The translations under genes and the position numbers were made by a program. 49,313 nt of DNA, taken from Nanobdellota archaeon. GTDB lineage: Archaea > Nanobdellota > Nanobdellia > Woesearchaeales > JBHPGL01. Each line of letters opens with the position of its first letter. Positions within the stretch are counted from its first letter, which is position 1. Below, one piece after another: positions 18,301 through 30,300 of this stretch. The notes under the pieces are model-generated. The model worked only from the letters and a program-made list of their open reading frames with translations. It made no database searches and had not been told where the DNA came from. The stretch is taken from positions 1 through 49,313 of the forward strand of contig JBHPGL010000001.1 in assembly GCA_042570655.1 (NCBI GenBank), read 5' to 3'.

Positions 18301-21300
18301 CACAAGAATCACCTATATCATCTTCATCTTGATCTGGTTGCGGACCTGGTGGGATCCATGCTTTCATATCAAACAGTAATCGACCATTATCTTTTCTCAT
18401 ATTTGATACTTCCCATTTTTGATCTGGATCGTCTACCAATCTCATACATGTTGGACTAAATCCTCCTGGCATTCCTAATGCTGAAATATCTGTTAATAAA
18501 CCTACAGGATATACTGGACCGTCATAATCTTGACCTTGTAAATCATCATACATGTATTGTGTGAAGAAGTTTGCATCTACATTTGGATCGTCACAACTGA
18601 AATACATTTGTGGTACTGGACCGTCTCCATTCCAATCACCCATCAAAGCTAAATTAAATGCAAATTCTACGCCAAGTGATTCATTAAAGTCACCAATTAC
18701 ATTTAATCCCATATCTAAAAGGAAATCAATGGTATTTGATGCTGTTAATCCTGGTGCTGTTGGAGGTGGTAGTTGTTCATATACACATTCATCACATTGA
18801 TCACGACATTGTTGATCATCACTATCCCATTCACAAGGATATTCTGCTGAATCTTGATTACCACAATGATCGGTATATAAAAAGTAACTATCTTCACATA
18901 ATCCTTCATTATTTCCAATTGAACCACAATCTTGGAAATTATTTCTTTGACTGCAATCTATTGGGGCATCTCCTCCTGGAACTTCTACAAACCACAACAC
19001 TGCATCTGGATTATCTCGTAAATAATAACCTTCTGATTTTAATAATTCGTCTGAAGGTATCTGACCACTAAATAATCCGTTTATATCTACTCCTACATCT
19101 AAATCGCCAGGTAACATTTGAACAAAGAAGCCTGGTGTACCTGGATTATAAATAGATGGACAATTGTCACATTCATCACCATAACCATCTGTTAAAGTTG
19201 CCCACATACAATTGTCAGCTGCACAAGTTTCTTCATCGCCATGCGAATAACAAGGGCCTACTATTGGTGGAAGATCATAAATAAAGTTGTCAATTGTTAC
19301 AATACTATTTTGATATTCGCCAAAGTCAATTAAACCAACAATTCCATAATCATATGGTAGTTCAAATGAACAGATTTCATTTCCATCTATCAAGAAATGA
19401 AGTTCTCCATTGGTTTGTAAAATTGCTACTGTTCCTGATGCTGTTGCTAGAGATTGATCACAAACTACATTTGGACCGAAATCTCCAAATCCGTCAATTA
19501 CTAGAACTGCTGGCGATCCTCCATAATCTGCAACTAATTCTATTATAATTGGTCTTGCACCGTCTCCTAAACCATCGGATATTATAAGACCTGGCATTGG
19601 TCCTTGACTATCAACTGAAATATCGGCTTGGAAAATAAAGTTTTGTGTAAAGTCTCTTATACTCGAATCTAACAATAAGACTAATGGGAATCCTCCTGCT
19701 TGCGCTGTTCCACTTATTTGTAAGTAACCATTAGACAAGTCAGCATTTAAACTTGGATCAATTTGACCGCCTGATAAAGAGTCCATATAATCAAGATCGT
19801 TGAAATCTTCAATTAATGTATCTACATCTGGTATTTGACATGAAGTTAATGCGTCTGAATCTGCTTGACCTACTTCAGAATATTGATATGCGTCGAATGT
19901 TGCTACATTATTTGTAAAGTCAATGTTTCTAATTTCCCATTTTAAATTTGGATCTGCTTCTGATCTTACACAGAATTGTTCTGAGCCTAAATCAAAGAAT
20001 AATCCTGGAGGCATATCATTTCCACCTTCAAATTCTGTACACTGATTTCCTTGACAATCGCCTGAACAACATGTACTTCCATCAGTACAAGAATCGCCAT
20101 TTCTTCCGCATGTCTGCATAAACATAAATTCATCAAATGTATAATAATCGTCTTCTTCTGCATCTTCACATCCTGGGAATTCTGGTGGACCATCATTTCC
20201 TGGAGTCATTGCAAATTCTAATCCTTCTGATTGATCCCAATCGCCTGTTATTGGTGGTAAGAATGTTCCATCTAAAACTCTCCACCCCATTGAGGATGCA
20301 ATTATTTGTTGATATTCGTCATCAAAACTACAACCATTTCCATTATTATAACATTGAGTATTATCGCCATCCCATTCACAAGTATTGAATTGATTGTCAT
20401 TTTGGTTCCATTCATACGCATTATCACAATCTTGTTCTGGTACTTGATCGCAACTTGCATAACCTAGATCAACTACATCTTGTTTATTACCGCAATAATC
20501 ATCATTTGGTACTGGTAAATACCATAGATAATGATCTGCATCTAACATTTGACCTGCTGATCTTTGTACATCAAATATACCTGAATTGAAATCTATAGCT
20601 GAAGTTAATGGCATTGTTGTTATTTGTGTAAATGGTTCTGGTGCTGCATTAAAGTTGTCTGGACATAAGTCACATGCATCTCCATATCCATCTGAAACTG
20701 AAAAGATCTTACATTGATCGTGTAATTCACAAGTTGTTTCTGGATCTTGGTTTTCACAAATTGCTCCGTCGTCAAACGGACTAACATATGTATAATTTTG
20801 TCCTGGACCATTTGCTATGAACACATCTCTATATATTTCATATTCAAATGAACCTTCTCCTGCTTTATCTGCTATTGCATCAAGGAAAGCATCTGGATCA
20901 ATTGCATAGAATGTTGCTTTTAAAGTCATGAAACCTGCATCAATTTCCACAATCATTAAATCAAGATTTTCTGTTCCATCAACACCATATCTTGGATTGT
21001 TTTGACTTGGATCTAATATTAGATCATAATCAGTTATGATTTCAATGCCTTCATCTCCTTCAATATTGGTTACATCTAATACATTATGTCTTGGATCTCC
21101 ATCGCCTGAGAAATCATATGTTTCTCCATTATAATCTACATAGGCAACTGTCATTCTATACGCATCATTACCATAATCATAGACTAATTCTGGTTCATAA
21201 ATTAAACCTTGACTGATTGTTGGAATGCCTCTATTTGTACAAGCTGCAAATGCATCGCTATCTGCTTGATCTGGATTGTAATCTAATGGACAATTATCAA

Positions 21301-24300
21301 TAGCTTCTGGCACTCCATCACCATCTTCATCATCTCCTGAACATCCTACTCCGTCAACTTCTGTTCCTTCTGGAGTATCTGGACATTCGTCTCGATCTGA
21401 TTCTGATGCTTCACAGTATGGATCTCCTTGACCACCACAATCTGAATCTCCATGATTATCGCAACCTGGTGGACAATTTCCATCGCCACTATGGCAACAA
21501 TCTTGTGGACATTCGTAACCGTTTTCTGATCCTTCACAATTACCATCTCCACATGAAGATTGTTGAGCGCCTGCTCCTACTAGGTATAGATTACCGCTTG
21601 TATATTGAAGTTCAAATAGATAAGTATATTTATTCCATGTTCCTGTATCTGCTAATGTAGCTACATCATTTGATTGTTCTGTCCATTCTAATTGTTGGAA
21701 ACCATTTCCACTATCAGCAATAAAGATATAACTTAATTCTGCCCAATCACAATTTTGTCCCATAATATAAACTAATTTGTATTGAATATATCTTCCTGTT
21801 AATGAATTTGGATAATCTTCTCCAATATAATATGGACCATCCCATTGACCCCATGATACTCCATCATTTGAAGTTCTTGCATAATATTTAATTATTTTAT
21901 CATTTTGTGGATCATAATCTCCTCCCGATCCCATTGAGTTCCATTCATGTTCATTTACACCTGAATCAATTACAGATGAGATTAATTCTCCTCTTGTTTG
22001 TGCACTACCACAATTTGGATGATTATTGCATCCATAACCTGAAGCACATCCGCCATTAGGGTATCTTCCAAATTCACAATCTTCTCCGCTTTCTAAGAAT
22101 GAACATGCTCCTGGAGAGTTAGCTTGACATTCTGAATAAACATCACAAGATTCACTTGGATTTGAATTTTGTGAACAACATCCATCTGTATCTTGAGATG
22201 GTATATTACAAGCACCCACAGGTATACATGTTCTTGGATCTGGTAGACATGAATTTGTATTATGATCACAAATTCTTGAACAGCAATCTTCATCAACTGT
22301 ACAATATCCTGTTCCTATATTACATGAATCACATTGACCCATTTCACAGATTTCAGATTCAGGACATTCATAATCGTTTTGACAAGTAGGTGCACAATCG
22401 CCATCTGTTGCATCTATATATCCGTCACAATCATTATCTTGTCCATCTGAACAGCTTATTTCAGGTGATTCATAATATCCTGGTGTACCAAAGTTACAAC
22501 CTGCACATTCTAGAATATTTTGATCACAATATAAACCAACATCACAATCATTATCTTCAGTACACATTTCTCCTGATTGATATCCTCCCATTGTAGCGAA
22601 TCCGCTGATTGATAATGACCAACTTAATTGAGGAACTGCATCAAATGCAACTACTCTAGTTCCTCCGCCTGATCCACTATCACAAACTTGATCACATGCA
22701 CAATCTGCTAATGATTGGCCTGGGTTATAATTTAATGATGGCATACTGCTTAAATCATATTGGGTTGCAACATAATTGTTTGGTATTCCGCCATTATTTG
22801 CAAAGACAAGGCCAGGAATACCTGTTACACAACCTGCACCATCTAACATTGGTACAATATTTTGTTCCATATTTGTGTCAACATATAATGTAGCTTGACC
22901 ACCAAAACCAATATTTGCTGCACATGGATCTAAATCATATAAATATAATTTCCAATCTGTTGTTCCATCTACACCTGGTATCTTAGTTGGAACACCTTCA
23001 TCAATATCTAAGATATCTCCACTTGTTGGATCAACAACAATTAAACCTGGATATGAAGGATCTGTATATACTGTCATTTCATAATCTGCATTTTGTGCAA
23101 CTTGATCGCAAATTGCTGGAGTTACGTCACATACACAATCACAAACATTACCTAAACATTCAATTGGAGCGTCATCAGAATCGCAACATTCATTTGTTTG
23201 ATCGCAATATTCTCCTAGATTTGTACAATCGCCGCCACTATTTTCTTGGCAGGAATTACTTCCATAATCCCAGTTACAATTACCATCTGTCATTCCATTA
23301 CAAATATAATCTGCATTTATTGTATGACAGCCTTCTATAGATTCTTGACAACTTCCATCCCAATAACAAGGTGAGTTCATATCATTTTCACAACAAGATT
23401 GGTCTGAACAGAATGCTGAACATGGAGGCATATCTCCGCCGCTTCCGCCACTTTCTCCACATGAATTACTTCCATAATCCCAGTTACAATAACCATCTGT
23501 CATTCCATTACAAATATAATCTGCATTTAATGTATGACAGCCTTCTATAGATTCTTGACAACTTCCATCCCAATAACAAGGTGAGTTCATATCGTTTTCA
23601 CAACAGGATTGGTCTGAACAGAATGCTGAACATGGAGGCATTTCATCTCCACCGCCACTTTCTCCACATGAATTACTTCCATAATCCCATTCACAATTGC
23701 CACCTGTCATATCATTACATATAAAATCGGCATTTAATGTATGACAACCTTCAATATTTTCTTCGCAATTCATTCCACTCCAATAACAAGGTGAGTTCAA
23801 AAAGTTTTCACAACAGAATTGGTCTGGACAGAATGCAGAACATCCTGGCATATCTCCGCCACCACCTTGACAACCGCCATTACAATGTAGATTATAAGGT
23901 CCGCAACCTCCCATAGGTTCGCTACCACAACAACAATCATATCCGTTTGGATCATTTGAACAACCATCTTCTATACATCCACCTGATCCGCAATCTGAAT
24001 CGGAATAATCTCCTTGACATGATCCTTGACAACCATTCCATCCATTTCCATCACAGTTATTACCGTAGAAAATACAAGAGGTACTATGATCTCCATCACC
24101 TGGATTGTAAGAAAATCCGCATTCAATACCTCCTTCCCAACTGCAAGGCACATATCTTTGATCTCCTGTAGCAAATCCAAATGAACCATCACATTGACCT
24201 GGATCATTAATATCATTACAATTTCCACCATTTGGTGCAAATGTCATACCTTCACATGATGGAGATGAAGGTCCGCCTGATCCGCCAGAAGTACAAACTC

Positions 24301-27300
24301 CTGTCATGGTTTGTTGATCCCAATCACAATATTCGCCAGGACTACAATCATTATCTCCATTACATGAAGATCCGCCTTGATCATAAACAGTTTGGTCACC
24401 ATCACAGACACCATCTCCATCTGAATCTGCATCGTATGGATCTGTTCCTTCATCATTTTCTGTACAATCATCTATTCCATCGCCGTCTGAATCTGGACAA
24501 TAACAAGGATCTTCATCTGTTTGATCATCACAATCATCATTAATTCCATTACCACAAACTTCTTGTGCGCCTGGATTTATATTAAAATTACTACCGTCAC
24601 AATCATGTCCATCATATGCACACCCACTTGATATGTCGCAATTTGGACATAAACCATAACCGTCTCCATCATTATCTTCACAATATCCTTGTTGACATAG
24701 TGGATCTCCACCACAATCAGGATCGTCACAATCTGTTGCTCCATCTTCATCATTATCAGTTCCATCATTACAATAAGCTTCTGGAGTACAATCTTGTTGA
24801 CATTCTTCTTGCCATTCACAGTTGAAATTTCCGCAATTACTACAAGCTGGATCACTGTCACAATCATCATCTGAACAGTCTGCCTGATAGTCACAATCGT
24901 TATCTTTACCTTGATCATCACAAATTTCTTGTGCACCTGGATTGGTGAAGAAATCATTATCATCACAATCAAATACACATAATGGTTCGTCTGATTTTAA
25001 CATACAATTATATGATTGTTCATCAAACCAACAATCTGAATTTTGATAACATAGAGCTCTTTCTAAACCGCCACAAACATCAAAGCAACCTTGAGTTTGT
25101 CCACAATCTGGATCTTGATTGCATAAACCTAAATCATTATAACCTGGACAATCATCTACACTTGATGAACACCAACCATTAATTGGATTTTCTGGTTCAT
25201 AATAATTCCAATAACATCCAACATTTTCACATGGTCCTTGATCATTTATATTAGAGCATGTTTGAGAATAATCTGGGAAACATTCTGCAGGACCTGATTC
25301 ATATATACAATATTGGTCATTGTTACAATTTTGTTCATCTAAACCCCAACAATATTGTGGTTCTTCTGAACAACTTCCTCCTCCCATACCGTCACCATTC
25401 CAGAAACATCTTGGATTTTGGTTATTACAATTTGTTTCATCACCATAATTAGAACAATGTTCATTCCAAGTAGCAGTACAATAATCCATTGAATAACAAA
25501 CTGGATCATTATCACATGATGGTTGATCACCATATTGGTTGCATGGATTATCTGTACAATATGATCCCATCCAGAAACAATTATTATTTTCACAGTTAGG
25601 TTGGTCTTGGAAATTATAACAATCTCTGCTAATTGTTCTTGAACAATAATTATCTCCATCACTGTCACATGCTGGATATTCGTCAGTTATACCATTACAA
25701 TTGTTATCCATCCAATCACATGATTCTTGAACACCTGGATTTATTTGATTATTGTTATCGTCACAATCTGTTCCGCCACAATTTTCATCTTGATATGTAT
25801 CTCCATCATTATCCCAACATGAAGGTTCGCATGCAGGATTTCCATCACAATCTGTATCATCACAATCTGTAAATGTATCCTGGTCATTATCTGCTCCATC
25901 ATCACAATAAGTTTCTGAAGCACAATCCTGTGAACATTCTTCACCATAAGCACAATCGCCATTTGGACATGTTGCTGGTTCTTGTCCGCATCTATAACAA
26001 CCATCCCAATATCCTACACCATTACAGCAAGATGCTGGATCATTGTCATATGAACAAAATCCATCTTGAATACAACACATTGAATAATAAGCACAATCTG
26101 TATCCACACAATCAGTTAAAGTATCTTCATCATTATCTACACCATCATCACAATAATCTTCATTTCCACAATCTTGTTGACAGGATTCAAACATTTCACA
26201 AACACCGTCTGGACATGTTGATGTACAATATGGAGATGAGTCACAATCTGAATCGTCGCAATCAGTAAATGTATCTTCGTCGTTATCTGCTCCATCATCA
26301 CAATATCCTTCACCAGCTACACAATCTGCTGCACATTCTTCACCAGATTCACAAAAACCGTTTGGACATGTTATACATGCTCCATCTGTATCACAATCTG
26401 AATCATCACAATCTGTGAATGTATCTTCATCATTATCTACACCATCGTCGCAATGAGGTTCTGGATCACAATCTTGTTGACATTCTTCTCCAGAATCACA
26501 ACTTCCGTCAGGACATGTTGGTTGTGAACATATTGGGAAAGGTGAACAATCATCATCATTACAATCTGTAAATGTATCTTGATCATTATCTGTTTGATCT
26601 TGACATCTATTAAATGAATCATCAATACAAATATTATTTACATTACAATATGCATATTCTGGACAATTTGCATCTGATTGACATACAATACAATCTAGAT
26701 CTGATGCACAGTCTGAATCGTCGCAATCTGTTTGACCATCTTGATCATTATCGGTTCCATCACCACACCAAGTTTCAGGTGTACAATCATCTGCACATTC
26801 TTCACCATAATCACAACTTCCATCTGGACATGTTGATTGAACGCATACTTGAGTACTTGCACAATCTGTATCATAACAATCTGCTGGACCATCTCCATCA
26901 TTATCCACTGAATCTGAACATCTGCTTTCGCCATTATAAACACATTCATAATTTCCTGCAGTATTACAATAAGAATGTTCTGGACAATCTTGATCTGTTG
27001 CACATTGTCCTTGTATACAAGATGGATCAGAATCACAATCTGTATCGTCACAATCGGTATATGTATCTTGATCGTTATCTGCACCATCATTACAATGGGT
27101 TTCTGTTTGACAATCTGTTGAACATTCTTCATAATATTCACAAAGTGTATTTCCACATTGACATGATGGATCCATTGAACAATCTGTATCGTCACAATCT
27201 GTATAAGTATCTTCATCATTATCAAATCCGTCTGAACAATAAGTTTCAGCTGTACAATCTTCTGCACATACTTCAGTTATTGCACAATATTGGTCTGGAC

Positions 27301-30300
27301 ATGTTACTGGTTGACATGCTGGATGACCATCACAATCTGAATCATCACAATCAGTATTTGTATCTTGATCATTATCTACTCCATCTTGACAATATTGTTC
27401 TGATGAACAGTCCATTCCGCAAGCTTCTCCTTCTGCACATGAACCGTCTGGACATGTTGGACAATCAACTAAACAATTATTTGAATTTTCAGTTTGACCT
27501 GGATCCCAATATTGTTGATTACATATTGCATCGCCACAAACACCTAAACAATCGTATGCACAGTCTGAAACTGATTCCCATGCATCACAAACTTGATCAT
27601 TGTTACATTGTAATGGTGCGTTTTGTAAATAACTGAATGTATTAACTTGTATTTCCCAATAATCCCAATTCTGTGAAGCTGAAGGACCATTTTGATAATG
27701 CCAAATGTCTGCAGTTTCTGTAACATCTTCCCAGATAATTCCGTCTGGTGAATATGATAATGTTTCACCTGCACAATTTGCATTTTCACATCTGATTCTA
27801 ACAGTTACTGATCCTGTAAATGATTGGCCATGAGGAAGTAGTTCAACAATATCATTCCCATTTGAATAAGATCCTATAGATCCTGCTGGTATTTCATTTA
27901 CTTCAATTAAAGTAGGAGTTGATAATGCTGTTGGAGGAATAATTACAATTGATTCATGTGTTTGTAAAGTTCCACCTGTTGAATCTAATAATCTATCTAC
28001 GGATGTTGTCCAAGTACATAATGCTTGATTATTACCTGGATTCATTACACCTGTCCTTGTACAACACATATCTGCATCATAATTAGTTACTTGATATCCA
28101 TTTGTAATGTTTGAATCATGGAAGTCATGTACTGATAAATAACATGAACAATCACTTGCACAATTATAAATATCGTCACATTTTTCTTGTCCTTCAATTG
28201 TTGCATCTCCACAAATACCACTTGTTGATGTGGTAGGTCCACAAGGACCATTGCTTGTTGGATTATATTTATCTGAATTATATCTAATTGATGGTAAATT
28301 TGCAATATCTAAATTAGTATCTGAAGTTGATCCAAAATCATCTGAATCATGGATCTTTTGAGATTCTATACCTAAACATGTTCTTAAAATATCTCCATTT
28401 GGATTTGTTAAGTCTGGATAATTTCCTCCTGGCGCCGGAGAATTACTTTCAAAATAATTATTTTCAAATTCGTCTGGTTGGATTGGATTATACAAATGGT
28501 CTCTTATATCGACAGAAAATTGAGCATTATTTGCATTTCTATTGAAATTGTTATTATTTATATAAATGTGATTTGTTCCAAAACCACTTTCTTCTGTATA
28601 TTTTAAAGAAACACCATTATTGAAATCGTTATAACTTATTGTTACATTTCCACCTAAAGGTTCTCCTATTTCTGTATGTATATCAAAAATGTTATTTGTA
28701 ATTTCAATATTTCCCAATTGATAATTTGTTTCCATTGCTTGAGTTTCTAATCCAGCTTTAAAATGGTTGCCGTCAATAATATAATTATGGTATGCTTGTC
28801 CAGCTGTATTTAATGCAATACTAGCTGATACAGTTGCATCAAAAATGTTATTTCTAAATTCAATATTTTTCACATGAGTCGAAACGATATGCCCACCTGG
28901 TGATTGCGTATTAACAAATGCACAATTTTGTACAACTACATTTTGTGGATCTGGTTCACCATTAAACATTCCTTCTGAATATACTGGACCTATAAATAAT
29001 GAAGCTGGTCTATAATCGCCACTATCAATTCCTTGTACTGCATAACCGCCACAATCAAGTGTTACATCAGAGGTATTAATAATTAAAGCGGTACCTGAAC
29101 ATCCTGCAACATTTCCTGTTAATACTGTATTTTGAGATATTATCATCCCACATAATGGACTTGGATCTTCTTCACCTAATCCATAATCTGAGAAATGTGT
29201 TGTTGTAAATGTTATTTGACCTGGAACTGATTTATCTACAGATGAATCTTTCCACTCTACCCAATCGATTCCATTAAAATATAATATGTTTAATAAGGCA
29301 GGATTTTGATGTGCTGCCTGATCATAATACATTGTTACTTCAACAGGTCCATTAAATACAATTCCTTCTGGTAAGAAAGTATATTCTGAAATTGTAGTTC
29401 CTGAATTTGATCCTATTTGGAAGTTTGAACCGCTTCCAATATTTTCTATGCCTATAGTTGTATCATATAGTAAGTCTCCTGTATTATATGTAATTTCAAC
29501 TTGTGTTGAAGCTGTACCTTGAGTTATTGTTCCACCTGATGCTGGAATAAGTAGTTGCGATATTGTTGGAGTACAATCTATACCGTTAGTTCCTGGGCAG
29601 AGATCGCATATATCATCAATTCCATCTACATCTGCATCATTATTTAAATTAATATCTAATACGCATGAGTCACATGCATCTCCTATTCCATCTCCGTTAG
29701 ATATAACAGTTGAAGTCGATGTTGAAACTCTCATTTCTGTATGGTATACTCCACCTTCAGGAGTTGCGATTTGGACTGTACGCCAATATCTATGTGAACC
29801 TACACTAGACCAACTTGCTGAATGCCAACCTTCAGTTGATACAACAAGACCACTATAAGCTACAAACCAATTAGAACCATCATCCGAATATTTAATTTCC
29901 CAAGTTGCGCCACCTGCATCTCCAGGACCAAAATTATATTCCCATTTTATTAAAGGTTGTTCGTTACCTGCACCAAGGTCTAATTGTAAAAATTTACCTA
30001 TTAATGCTTGATCTGTATGGAAACCATAGGTTCCTATATCGCCATCAAGTAGATTTGCAGCATTCCAATCACCTAAACCATCGTGCCCAATCATTGAAGG
30101 TGCCAATTCAACTTTTATTGTTGACGCATATACTCTCATTTCTGTATGGTATACTCCACCTTCAGGCGCAGCTATTTGAACTGTTCTCCAATATCGATGA
30201 GCACCTACATCATTCCAGGTAATGGAATGCCAACCTTCTGTTGTTACAATAAAATTAGTAGCTGCAACATGCCAATTAGAGCCATCATCTGAATATTTGA

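Noticed and set aside
23270-23890. Possible DGR variable-repeat / template-repeat pair (near-identical 210-nt units)
   Set aside because: No reverse transcriptase is present in the window, and both units are in-frame coding. The four differences are A/T and T/C changes on the coding strand, not adenine-specific.
26614-27636. 340-aa + strand ORF, the longest alternative ORF inside the giant gene
   Set aside because: It is entirely antisense to the giant ORF and made of H/L/N/Y low complexity (HLH.., NLY..). That is what the complement of GAT/TGT/GAA/AAT-rich codons produces. It has no start context and no domain-like sequence.
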